Assembly: GCA_965224705.1 (NCBI GenBank)
Contig: OZ245056.1
Span: forward strand, 2,496,001 to 2,560,000
Direction of reading: 5' to 3'
DNA length: 64,000 nucleotides
Source of the DNA: Spirochaetaceae bacterium
GTDB taxonomy: Bacteria; Spirochaetota; Spirochaetia; DSM-2461
This document shows positions 29,862 to 38,746 of the stretch, piece after piece. A program made the position numbers and the translations under genes. Positions within the stretch are counted from its first letter, which is position 1; each line of letters begins with the position of its first letter. The notes beneath the pieces were generated by a model. That model saw only the letters and a program-made list of their open reading frames with translations, was not told where the DNA came from and did no database searches.

Positions 29862-30228
29862 GCTGATTACAAAGCAGGAGTTATTTATAGTATCGGGAAT
29901 AGCTCTCATTGTAACCCTTATCTCGGTTATTTCTATTATAATCATCACTTCTGTGAAGAACAAAAACATAGTATCGGCCAGTATTGAAGAAGACAATAGA
30001 ACTGAACGGCAGGCTCTATTGCAGGGGAATGGATTTGGTATTGAAGATTTTTATCGGGACAGCAGGGAACCCGAACCCGGAGTATCCTACCCTGTATATC
30101 GTCGTAAGTCTACCTGGATTGATGATGATATCGAATTGTACTGGATAGATCCTGCAGAGGCAGGAATCGATACCCTCAAGACCGATAATGATACGCTTAT
30201 TTTACAATCACTGGAATCCGCAAAGTGA
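29845..30228 (+). CDS. Single-TM hypothetical protein
   Basis: Overlaps the smc stop; hydrophobic N-terminal segment. Confidence 0.65.
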   Translation: MKNPFKLITKQELFIVSGIALIVTLISVISIIIITSVKNKNIVSASIEEDNRTERQALLQGNGFGIEDFYRDSREPEPGVSYPVYRRKSTWIDDDIELYWIDPAEAGIDTLKTDNDTLILQSLESAK

Positions 30229-31823
30229 TGAAGGGAATTGCGATATTCCTGTCATCTTTGTCAGTATTGATTTCAGTCATATTCACGCAAACAGGATGTG
30301 TCAGTACTGTAGAAAATGATGGTCCCTTACAGGAAGCGGACAACAATTCGAATTCGAGTGAACAACCACCTTTTCCTGAACCACAGAATTCCAATGAATC
30401 CCTGACTACCCCCCCGACATCCGAAACAGTTATGAATGATCCCCCGGCAGATGAAACAGCCATGGTGGCCCCTTCGACAGATGAAACTACCCTGACCCCC
30501 CCCCCGGCAGCCGAAACAGTTATGGATGCTCCCCCAGTAGGTGAAACAGCCATGGATCCCCCTTCGACAGCCGAAACAGCTATGGATGATCCCCCGGCAG
30601 ATGAAACAGCCATGGATGCTCCCCCAGTAGGTGAAACAGCCATGGTGGCCCCTTCGACAGATGAAACTACCCTGACTCCCCCTCCGGCAGCCGAAACAGC
30701 TATGGATGATCCCCCGGCAGATGAAACTACCCTGACTGCCCCTCCAGCAGCCGAAACAGCCATGAGTGATCCCCCAGCATCTGAAACAGCCATGGATACT
30801 CTTCCGTCAGTTGAAACAGTTATGGATGCTCTCCCAGTAGGTGAAACAGCCATGGATCCCCCTTCGACAGCCGAAACAACTATGGATGATCCCCCAGCAG
30901 ATGAAACTGCCCTGACTGCCCCTCCAGCAGCCGAAACAACTATGGATGATCCCCCAGCAGATGAAACTACCCTGACTGCCCCTCCAGCAGCCGAAACAGC
31001 CATGGCGGCCCCCCCGGTAGCCGAAACAGCTATGAGTGATCCCCCAGCAGATGAAACCATCATGGATGCCCCTTCGGCAGCCGTGAAACATGATTCAGGT
31101 GATTTTTCTCCGACTCTGGAAGGTTGGGGCTGGGTATTTCGCTCTGATCTCTCCACTCCAGGCAATTGGCGTTTTTTGAATCGTGAGCGTACAGGAAATG
31201 CAACGAAATTCAATTTTCATTTTGATGAAGAAGGAACCTGGAGCTTCGTATTTGATCAGCAAAATCTATCTGAGGGAGGCCGTAGACGCGAGATCCGCAA
31301 GTTGAGATACAGTAAAGATCTGGGTGTTGAGATCATTGACAGTGGTGAATTGGATTCACAGGTTCTACAGACTGAACAGTATACGGAAGTGCAGAATGAC
31401 CTGGAATCAGTTCCGGAAGAATCTGCTGCTGTGGACAGTCGAACTACTGAAGCTTTGATTCAAGAAGCAGTTAGAAATGGTTCGGCCGTGGAAATTGCTT
31501 CATTGCTGCCGCAATACATGGAAAATGACGTCGACCCTGATGTCCTGGATTCTGTTGTCAATACTCTGGATGATGCTGACGGTTATGAAGAAGAAGTGTT
31601 CAGTGCACTGATATTACTCTCAGATTTCAGTTCCCATCAAAAAAATGCGGAATGGCTGTTTCGGCTGGCATCATTCCTTGCAAAACCTGGAAAAAAAAGA
31701 AGTCTTTCTCAAGCTGTTGTTTTTTATCAGAAAGTTATTGATTCATGGCCGCTTTCCAGGTGGAGGGAACTGGCTGAAGAAAGGCTCATCTGGTTGAAAC
31801 GTCATTACTTCCGATCACAGTAA
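30225..31823 (+). CDS. Predicted lipoprotein with Pro/Ala/Thr/acidic decapeptide repeats and C-terminal TPR
   Basis: Signal peptide ending QTGC; repeat block; C-terminal WLFRLA...FYQKVIDSWP TPR-like motif. Confidence 0.8.
   Translation: MMKGIAIFLSSLSVLISVIFTQTGCVSTVENDGPLQEADNNSNSSEQPPFPEPQNSNESLTTPPTSETVMNDPPADETAMVAPSTDETTLTPPPAAETVMDAPPVGETAMDPPSTAETAMDDPPADETAMDAPPVGETAMVAPSTDETTLTPPPAAETAMDDPPADETTLTAPPAAETAMSDPPASETAMDTLPSVETVMDALPVGETAMDPPSTAETTMDDPPADETALTAPPAAETTMDDPPADETTLTAPPAAETAMAAPPVAETAMSDPPADETIMDAPSAAVKHDSGDFSPTLEGWGWVFRSDLSTPGNWRFLNRERTGNATKFNFHFDEEGTWSFVFDQQNLSEGGRRREIRKLRYSKDLGVEIIDSGELDSQVLQTEQYTEVQNDLESVPEESAAVDSRTTEALIQEAVRNGSAVEIASLLPQYMENDVDPDVLDSVVNTLDDADGYEEEVFSALILLSDFSSHQKNAEWLFRLASFLAKPGKKRSLSQAVVFYQKVIDSWPLSRWRELAEERLIWLKRHYFRSQ
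30402..31091 (+). repeat. Tandem array of ~23 x 30-bp units (consensus peptide MDDPPADETA)
   Basis: Periodic GAAAC(A/T) and CCCCC motifs every 30 nt; C10 homopolymer at 30496-30505. Confidence 0.92.
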
Positions 31824-31856
31824 AATGATGATCTTCTTCATTGATCCCCATGCTGG

Positions 31857-31908
31857 GAGTCTGTCGGACTTTAAGACTTCAAGCCGTGAGACATAAGTCC
31901 GATAGGTG
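31857..31908 (-). mobile_element. MITE family A, internally deleted copy (52 bp)
   Basis: GAGTCTGTCGGA...TCCGATAGGTG, flanked by CTGG on both sides. Confidence 0.75.
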
Positions 31909-31991
31909 CTGGTTCTGTGTTGTTGAGAACTGTGCAGCAGCAGTTTCCTGTCTGCGGAACCTTCTCCCGCCGATGCTTGATAGCTCTGTGG

Positions 31992-32020
31992 TTGACTGAT
32001 TCCCGGTTTGCATATAGACT
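31992..32020 (+). promoter_or_regulatory. Putative sigma70 promoter for ffh (near-leaderless transcript)
   Basis: TTGACT-17 nt-TAGACT ending 8 nt before ATG; no SD. Confidence 0.5.
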
Positions 32021-32028
32021 GACCCAAT

Positions 32029-33366
32029 ATGCTTGATAAGTTAACAGAGGCTTTTTCAGAAATCTCACGACGTTTCTCCGGTCATCATCGTATCAGTGAG
32101 AAGAACATTCGGGATGCTGTAGAAGACATAAAGACAGCACTTCTGGAGGCTGATGTCAATCTGCGGGTCGTCCGTCAACTCGTGAATCGAACGATTGAAG
32201 AAGCTCTTGGCGAAACAGTTTTGAAGTCAGTGAATCCAGGTCAGCAGTTTATCAAGATTATTCATGACAAAATCCTGGCTCTGCTTGGTGACGATGCCTC
32301 GGAGCTGAAGCTGCGGGGACCTGATACGGTATCTGTTATTCTGATAATGGGACTTCAAGGATCGGGTAAAACAACAACAGCGGCAAAGCTGGCCCATCGA
32401 CTCAAAAATGAAGGACGTCGTGTATTGATGGCTGCCGCTGATTTAACACGGCCTGCAGCAGCGGAACAATTAAAAAAACTTGGTCAGCAGATTGATATTG
32501 AGGTATACGGGGAGGGCGGATCAAAACCAGAAAAAATCATTAAGAACGCATATAAAAAGGCAAATAAAGAGCAATTTAACGTTCTTATTGTGGATACGGC
32601 TGGCCGTATGCAGGTCGATACTGATTTGATGCGGGAGATCAAGCGAGTTCAGAATTCCGTGACCTGTGATGAAGCACTTCTTGTTGCCGATGCTATGACG
32701 GGTCAAAACTCGGTTGAGATTGCCGGAAAATTCAGTGAAGAGCTGGATCTGACGGGTGTGATACTGAGCAAGTTTGATTCGGATACACGCGGTGGTGCTG
32801 CCCTATCGTTCAAAAAGATTACTGGTAAACCGATCAAGTTCATTGGTGTCGGTGAGAAGATAAAGGATCTGGAAATATTTTATCCTGAGCGAATTGCCTC
32901 CCGGATCCTGGGAATGGGAGATGTGGTCTCTCTGGTTGAAAAAGCTCGGGAAACAATAGAAGAAAATGAAGCTGACAAACTTCAGGAAAAAATACTCAAA
33001 TCCAGGTTTACGCTTGAAGACTATCTCGACCAGATCAGCCGAATGCGAAAAATAGGCAGCATGAAAACGATAATGGAAATGATGCCTGGTATGGCCGGTC
33101 AAATTGATGAGTCAAAACTGGATGAGTCTCAGTGGAAGAAAGATGAGGCTATTATCCTGTCGATGACCTTGGCTGAACGCAGGAATCACAATATACTGGG
33201 TCCGCCCAGGCGCAAACGAATAGCCCGGGGAAGTGGTACAAATATCGCGGCTGTGAACAGGTTACTGAAGACTTTTGATAAGTCACGGAGCATGATGAAA
33301 AAAATGGCAAAGAACAAAAAACTACAGAAGCAGTTTCTGGGCGGCATGACTGTCCCGGAGCTATAG
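32029..33366 (+). CDS. ffh: Signal recognition particle protein
   Basis: ALLEADVN, GLQGSGKTT, DTAGR, RILGMGD, M domain. Confidence 0.97.
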   Translation: MLDKLTEAFSEISRRFSGHHRISEKNIRDAVEDIKTALLEADVNLRVVRQLVNRTIEEALGETVLKSVNPGQQFIKIIHDKILALLGDDASELKLRGPDTVSVILIMGLQGSGKTTTAAKLAHRLKNEGRRVLMAAADLTRPAAAEQLKKLGQQIDIEVYGEGGSKPEKIIKNAYKKANKEQFNVLIVDTAGRMQVDTDLMREIKRVQNSVTCDEALLVADAMTGQNSVEIAGKFSEELDLTGVILSKFDSDTRGGAALSFKKITGKPIKFIGVGEKIKDLEIFYPERIASRILGMGDVVSLVEKARETIEENEADKLQEKILKSRFTLEDYLDQISRMRKIGSMKTIMEMMPGMAGQIDESKLDESQWKKDEAIILSMTLAERRNHNILGPPRRKRIARGSGTNIAAVNRLLKTFDKSRSMMKKMAKNKKLQKQFLGGMTVPEL

Positions 33367-33383
33367 TGTAAGGAGATGAGAAT

Positions 33384-33635
33384 ATGAGTGTCAAAATAAG
33401 ACTTAAAAGGTTCGGTACGAAGAAACGTCCCTATTACCGGGTCGTTGTCATGGATTCCAGGAGGCCGAGAGATGGCCGAACTATAGAAGAAGTTGGTGCC
33501 TACCATCCCATTGAGATGAAAGAAAAACAGTTCTCCATCAAAGAGGATAGGGTAAGGGAATGGCTCATTAAAGGTGCACGGCCGACTCCAACAGTCAAGA
33601 GACTGTTGAACAAAGTCAGTATTACCGTTAAGTAG
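33384..33635 (+). CDS. rpsP: 30S ribosomal protein S16
   Basis: VKIRLKRFG...[11 protein letters not shown]...RDG. Confidence 0.97.
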   Translation: MSVKIRLKRFGTKKRPYYRVVVMDSRRPRDGRTIEEVGAYHPIEMKEKQFSIKEDRVREWLIKGARPTPTVKRLLNKVSITVK

Positions 33636-33640
33636 GCTTC

Positions 33641-33874
33641 ATGAGTACTGATCTTATTGAATACATCGTTCAGGCTCTGGTCGATAATCCCGATCAAGTG
33701 GAAATAACCAGGATTAATGGGGAAAACTCCTCTATCTGGGAATTGAAGGTCGCAGAAGAAGATATGGGTAAAATTATTGGCAAACATGGACGAATAGCCC
33801 GAGCAATGCGGATTTTGCTCAGTGCTTCAGCAAGGGAATCCAGCAAAAGATTTGCCCTCGAAATTCTTGACTGA
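33641..33874 (+). CDS. khpA: KH-domain RNA-binding protein
   Basis: DMGKIIGKHGRIA; canonical position between rpsP and rimM. Confidence 0.9.
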   Translation: MSTDLIEYIVQALVDNPDQVEITRINGENSSIWELKVAEEDMGKIIGKHGRIARAMRILLSASARESSKRFALEILD

Positions 33875-34391
33875 GAAACTTTCATCACAGTTTTCCATTG
33901 GCGCAGTAAGAACATCCTTTGGTGTGAAGGGCTGGTTGAAGCTTGTGAGTTTTTCTGGTGAATGGAAGCATTTCAAGGCTCTTTCATCAGTTGTATTGGC
34001 AGATATTCATCGAAATAACCCGAAAAAGTATGATATTGAGGGATTTCGGATTCACCATGGCAGGGGGATAATGAAGCTTTCCAGAGTCGATGATCTTGAG
34101 TCCGCCAGGGCCCTGGCAGGGCAGGTCTTGTTTGTATCCAGGGAATTTGCTGTTCCATTGGAAGCGGATGAATGGTATGTCAGGGATTTAATCGGTCTTT
34201 CTGTCATTGATCATGACTGTAATTACATTGGTGAGATTGTATCCATGATCAAAACATCTGAAGACTTGCTGGTGATCTCCCGAACTGATAAAAGTCAGTT
34301 CATGGTACCGTTTCGAAAGCAGTTCGTAGGAGAGCCGGATTTTGCTTCATGCAGCATTGTTCTAGAGGCAGAATGGCTGGCTGATCTATAG
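33867..34391 (+). CDS. rimM: Ribosome maturation factor RimM
   Basis: FGVKGWLK, EWYVRDLIGL, MVPF; operon context; TTG start assumed. Confidence 0.9.
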   Translation: MTEKLSSQFSIGAVRTSFGVKGWLKLVSFSGEWKHFKALSSVVLADIHRNNPKKYDIEGFRIHHGRGIMKLSRVDDLESARALAGQVLFVSREFAVPLEADEWYVRDLIGLSVIDHDCNYIGEIVSMIKTSEDLLVISRTDKSQFMVPFRKQFVGEPDFASCSIVLEAEWLADL

Positions 34392-35095
34392 TGAAATTCA
34401 CACTCCTGAGCCTGTTTCCGCAGATATTCGAGGTTTTTTTTAACGAGTCCATTATGGCCAGAGCCGTTGAGCGGAATCTTGTTAAATTTGAACTTGTCAA
34501 TATACGTGATTATGCTTATGATAAGCACCGTGTCTGCGACGATTACCCTTATGGGGGTGGGGCAGGGATGGTATTGAAACCTGAGCCGCTGTCACGAGCT
34601 CTTGATAAAGTTGGGGCCAGGGACAAATTGGTTGTGTATCCTACACCATCGGGAAAACCCTTTAAGCAGGAAGTCGCTGACTGGCTGGCAAATGAAGAAG
34701 AATTGGTCATTATTTGTGGGCGATATGAAGGAATAGATCAACGGATTATTGATCTATATGTGGATGAAGAAATTTCCATCGGTGATTATGTCATTTCATC
34801 TGGAGAGATCGCATCATTAGTAATTGTTGATGCTGTGTATCGATTACTTGACGGTGTTATCAGACAGGAATCATTGGAAGAGGAGAGCTTTGCGCAACAG
34901 CTCCTGGAGTATCCGCACTACACAAGACCGGAGGTTTTCAAGGGATTAAGGGTGCCGGAAATTTTACGAAGCGGTCATCATGCAGAGATCAATTCATGGA
35001 GACAAAAAAAAAGGTTTGAAAAAACCCTGAGTAATCGACCCGACCTTCTTGAAAAAAAAGGTTTGGAAAAAGGAAAAGAAAATGGATCTTGTTAA
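34391..35095 (+). CDS. trmD: tRNA (guanine37-N1)-methyltransferase
   Basis: [35 protein letters not shown]. Confidence 0.97.
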   Translation: MKFTLLSLFPQIFEVFFNESIMARAVERNLVKFELVNIRDYAYDKHRVCDDYPYGGGAGMVLKPEPLSRALDKVGARDKLVVYPTPSGKPFKQEVADWLANEEELVIICGRYEGIDQRIIDLYVDEEISIGDYVISSGEIASLVIVDAVYRLLDGVIRQESLEEESFAQQLLEYPHYTRPEVFKGLRVPEILRSGHHAEINSWRQKKRFEKTLSNRPDLLEKKGLEKGKENGSC

Positions 35096-35462
35096 ATATG
35101 TAGAGGCAGAACAAATCAAGGATGGTGCCGAGAACTTTGGAATTGGTGATACTATCAGAGTTCATTATCGTATAGTCGAGGGTAATAATGAGCGGATACA
35201 GGTGTATGAAGGTCTGGTGATAGCCCTCAATAATTCTGGAATCAGTCGTACAGTCACTGTTCGCAAGATTTCCTATGGTGTTGGTGTTGAAAGAATATTT
35301 CCGGTTAATTCTCCCCGTGTTGAACGCTTTGAAGTTGTTCGTTCTGGTCGGGTTCGCCGCTCAAAACTGTACTATTTACGGAACCGTATCGGTAAAAAGG
35401 CGATTAAGGTTCGGGAATTGATAGTCAGTAAAAGAAAAAAAACAGCCGATCATTCGAGTTAG
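35082..35462 (+). CDS. rplS: 50S ribosomal protein L19
   Basis: [35 protein letters not shown]. Confidence 0.97.
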   Translation: MDLVKYVEAEQIKDGAENFGIGDTIRVHYRIVEGNNERIQVYEGLVIALNNSGISRTVTVRKISYGVGVERIFPVNSPRVERFEVVRSGRVRRSKLYYLRNRIGKKAIKVRELIVSKRKKTADHSS

Positions 35463-35463
35463 G

Positions 35464-35811
35464 GTGAAGCCGTATCGGAAAGGTATAGAAGGAGAAAACA
35501 AAGTTGCCTGCTATTTTGAGGAATGCGGGTATGAAATTTTGGAAAGACGATTCAGATCCAGGCTGGGAGAGGTCGATATTATAGCAAGGCAGAGAGATGT
35601 AATTGTTTTCATTGAGGTTAAAACCTGGGATGTTCTGGGCATGGAGAGTCTGGAGCATTCGGTAGATTCACGGAAACGTGACAAAATCAAGGAAGCAGCA
35701 TCAATTTACCTGTATCATCATCCAGAATTCAGCGATTGTCGTATCCGCTTCGATTTGGTTTTTCTGTCAAGGAAGATGGAAATTCTGAATCATTGGGATT
35801 ATGCGTTTTAG
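35464..35811 (+). CDS. yraN: YraN family putative nuclease
   Basis: GIEGE, GEVDIIA, VFIEVK, RFD. Confidence 0.9.
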   Translation: MKPYRKGIEGENKVACYFEECGYEILERRFRSRLGEVDIIARQRDVIVFIEVKTWDVLGMESLEHSVDSRKRDKIKEAASIYLYHHPEFSDCRIRFDLVFLSRKMEILNHWDYAF

Positions 35812-35826
35812 GGAGAAGGAGCTCCA

Positions 35827-35988
35827 ATGGTACGCATCGCTAAACAAACAGACCCAGCAAAACTGGCGGAGCTGAAGGTACGAATCAATGACCAGAGGTA
35901 TCTGCAGATAGCGATTGAGAGGATAGCGAAGAGCTTGACTGATGAAATCGTCAATCGTACTGGGGAGACAAATGAGTACAAGATCTAA
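35827..35988 (+). CDS. 53-aa small protein, missed by the ORF track
   Basis: SD AAGGAG; MVRIAKQTDPAKLAELKVRINDQRYLQIAIERIAKSLTDEIVNRTGETNEYKI; overlaps the next gene start. Confidence 0.7.
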   Translation: MVRIAKQTDPAKLAELKVRINDQRYLQIAIERIAKSLTDEIVNRTGETNEYKI

Positions 35989-36349
35989 GCAAAACGGCAG
36001 GCGTGGTCGTCGACGGAATCGCCCGCCTCGATTAGATTCGCCGCGACCCCTTGACTATGAAATGGTTCCCTGTGGGATTTGCAGAGAACCAGTCAAGGAT
36101 ATTTATTCTGCATTGTCCCATCCTGAGGATGGGATTGCAGTTCATTTCGATTGTGCGCTGAAGGATGCGGAAAAGAAACTCAAACCTGAAAATGATGAGA
36201 AAATCATCTACCATGGTAATGGTTGTTTCGCTGTGATCGCAGCCTATCCCAGCAATCGGAATAAGCTGAAAATCCTCCGGAGAATAGATTGGGAGAAATT
36301 GGATGAATCTCCCGACTGGAGGAAGAAACTTCAAACAGATATACTTTGA
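35972..36349 (+). CDS. Hypothetical protein with a CxxC...HxxC putative Zn site
   Basis: Arg-rich N-terminus; CGIC...HFDC; SD GGAG before ATG 35972. Confidence 0.7.
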   Translation: MSTRSKQNGRRGRRRNRPPRLDSPRPLDYEMVPCGICREPVKDIYSALSHPEDGIAVHFDCALKDAEKKLKPENDEKIIYHGNGCFAVIAAYPSNRNKLKILRRIDWEKLDESPDWRKKLQTDIL

Positions 36350-37048
36350 TCAGTAGAGTTCTTTTAATTCTCGGAGAAGCTTCATTGCTTTCTCCTGTAT
36401 GGATGTGATATACCCATTTCTTGCGTCAGTGAGTTTTGCCACCTCAGCAATAATGGAAGGGTTGTTAATAACCCCCTCTCTCTCCACAATGTTTCTAACA
36501 GATTCAAGGTAATTGAATGCGAAATTGTTATCTTTCTCTATCGCAGTTTGACGGAAGATTGATTCAACGAAAATACGGTCACGATAGGTTGTATCGGCCA
36601 GTTGAATGGTGGATAAGGCTAAAATCGCCTCACTCATTACCATGGGTTCTGGATCGGTCAGTAAAACAAGACTGAGTTGATCTGCAGCTTCTTCCGTGTT
36701 CATTCTCCCAAGCAATCGGGTGGCTTCGCTTCTGATTTCAGGAAAATCATTGATAATAAATCCATCCTCCCGGAGTATATTCGTAACGCCTTCGCTGGAC
36801 AAATCACTCAATATAGACAGCAACTCTGGATTTCCCTGTGCTGTATTATCGGAAATCATCTCTTCAATGTCTCTCAGGGCTATCATTTTCAGCTCTCTGT
36901 CATTGGATGCTGCTTCTGCTCTGAGAATCTGTGTTTTTATTGTACTTTGAAGATAGAGTTCTTCAATCGTTTGCTCTGATTCCTGTGCAAAAACAACGGC
37001 TGCAAGTGATAAAGCAGTAATCATCAGTAAAAGACTTCGTTTATTCAT
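36350..37048 (-). CDS. Exported HEAT-repeat protein
   Basis: Signal peptide MNKRSLLL...FAQ; IRSEATRLLG, DPEPMVMSEA. Confidence 0.78.
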   Translation of the reverse strand: MNKRSLLLMITALSLAAVVFAQESEQTIEELYLQSTIKTQILRAEAASNDRELKMIALRDIEEMISDNTAQGNPELLSILSDLSSEGVTNILREDGFIINDFPEIRSEATRLLGRMNTEEAADQLSLVLLTDPEPMVMSEAILALSTIQLADTTYRDRIFVESIFRQTAIEKDNNFAFNYLESVRNIVEREGVINNPSIIAEVAKLTDARNGYITSIQEKAMKLLRELKELY

Positions 37049-37118
37049 TATAAAACTCCTAATGGAACTGGAGACTGAATCAGTGTCAGAATAATTCCGT
37101 CTCTCATTGTATCCTGAA

Positions 37119-37664
37119 CTACCATACCGAAATTTTCCACATACCATCAATCTTCTCCAGTTCATATAGTTTTGCCCGTTTCCCATCAAAAGAAGAATAA
37201 GCAACAATCTTATTCTCACTGACGAAAACAATTTCTTTCAGTACAGCCTGGCTCCGGCTTGGTACTACAACAACTTTGAAGTAATCTTCCAAAGAAGTCA
37301 ATACAATGTTGTTTTCCAGCAGCTGTGGGTACTGATTGTACTCGTTGAGAGTTTCATCAGAGCTGTATTTTTCTGAATATGCCTGGGAAATAAAGGTCTT
37401 CCAGCGATTAAACTGTCCCCGGGCAATAACGGAATTCAGTTTTGCTATCAGTTCTTCTATTTCTTCAAATGCCTGTTCATACATGGATTGAGTTACTTCA
37501 AATTCCTGATCCTCAGATTCTGTATCATCGGGAGTTTCATGGATTTCTTCAATCACTTTTTCAGGGGGAGGCTCCTCAACAGTTTCTATATGTGGGGGCT
37601 GGGGCTCTGTCACACAGGCTAAAATGAATATCGATACGGATGAAATCAGCAGTACTTCTTTCAT
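37119..37664 (-). CDS. Hypothetical lipoprotein
   Basis: Lipobox ILAC; TTGACA-17 nt-TACGAT promoter ending 7 nt before ATG. Confidence 0.72.
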   Translation of the reverse strand: MKEVLLISSVSIFILACVTEPQPPHIETVEEPPPEKVIEEIHETPDDTESEDQEFEVTQSMYEQAFEEIEELIAKLNSVIARGQFNRWKTFISQAYSEKYSSDETLNEYNQYPQLLENNIVLTSLEDYFKVVVVPSRSQAVLKEIVFVSENKIVAYSSFDGKRAKLYELEKIDGMWKISVW

Positions 37665-37741
37665 TTTATAAATCGTAGTATATTCTAGGAATTGTGTCAA
37701 TATCCAGAATATTTCTAATTCTGTGGAACGCTGTATAATGG

Positions 37742-38242
37742 GTGGTTATTGTGGTTAAAGCTGTTTACCCCGGTACTTTTGATCCTCCTACTCTGGGCCA
37801 TATTAATATAGTTTCCCGCGGTGCCCGGATTTTCGATTCTCTACACATTGTTGTTGCTGTTAATAATGAAAAATCTCCATTGCTGAACCTGGAAATGCGG
37901 CGGGATCTCATTGCCGATCAAGTTTCCAGGCTGGGACTGGCAGCCGTCGAGGTGGGCATCTGGGATGGACTGATCGTTGACTACTGCCGTAAGATTGGAG
38001 CCGATATTCTGCTTCGTGGTATTAGAACAGGTGCCGATTTAAACTATGAGTCTGAAATGGCCATGCTGAATAGGCATCTTGAATCACGCATTGAAACAGT
38101 ATTTCTTCCGGCAGAACCAGAATTCATTTTTCTTCAGTCGAAAACTATCAGGGATTTGTTTTTGCTTGGGGGAGATATCAGCGGGATGGTTCCCGTTGAG
38201 GTTCATGCTGCCCTGGCAGAGAGAACTATCAGCAATAAATGA
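37742..38242 (+). CDS. coaD: Phosphopantetheine adenylyltransferase
   Basis: YPGTFDPPTLGH, RGIR, YE...N. Confidence 0.95.
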   Translation: MVIVVKAVYPGTFDPPTLGHINIVSRGARIFDSLHIVVAVNNEKSPLLNLEMRRDLIADQVSRLGLAAVEVGIWDGLIVDYCRKIGADILLRGIRTGADLNYESEMAMLNRHLESRIETVFLPAEPEFIFLQSKTIRDLFLLGGDISGMVPVEVHAALAERTISNK

Positions 38243-38263
38243 TTCATCCAGGCGGTATTCTGG

Positions 38264-38424
38264 GAGTCTGTCGGACTTACGCCTCACGGCTCGATTTTTG
38301 CCCTTTTTACCTGCTGCTGTGTTGCCAAAATACTCACGTAGCCCAGCTACGCTCCGTTTTTGTCGCCTTGCATCAGGAAAAAATCATCAAAAATCGCCTC
38401 GAAGTCTTAAAGTCCGACAGACTC
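38264..38424 (+). mobile_element. MITE family A, canonical 161-bp copy with CTGG target duplication
   Basis: CTGG|GAGTCTGTCGGACTT...AAGTCCGACAGACTC|CTGG. Confidence 0.9.
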
Positions 38425-38482
38425 CTGGGGAAGGGGTTCCCGGAAAACAGGCATGATGGAATCCGGTTTGAAACTCTTTCAG

Positions 38483-38595
38483 AGTGTCAGCAAGCTTGTT
38501 AAATTCTCTCTGTTTCTAGCAATTGCAGGGTTCTAAGTCATCAAAACAGCCGTATTGAAGAAATATTTTTCTGATTCAACAAGCTTGCTGACACT
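38483..38595. mobile_element. 113-bp MITE derived from the 21-kb IS
   Basis: TIRs AGTGTCAGCAAGCTTGTT / AACAAGCTTGCTGACACT, near-identical to the IS ends. Confidence 0.8.
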
Positions 38596-38746
38596 TCGAA
38601 ATTCTTTCATTGATACAGGCGGAAAAAACAGAACTGTGGCTGACAGCCCATGTTTCCGGCCTCGCACAATTCTCCAGCAGTCTCTTTTATCTTTACCAAT
38701 GACAGGCTTTTTCTCAGCAGACACCTTGAATTGATCGATAAAAAAA

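Noticed and set aside
30197..31213. 338-aa antisense Ser/Ala/Gly-rich ORF
   Set aside because: Reverse-strand shadow of the 30-bp repeat lipoprotein
31824..32028. SRP RNA next to ffh, or 6S RNA before the 5-formyl-THF cyclo-ligase
   Set aside because: No SRP domain IV motif seen on either strand; the cyclo-ligase overlaps its upstream CDS, leaving no room for ssrS
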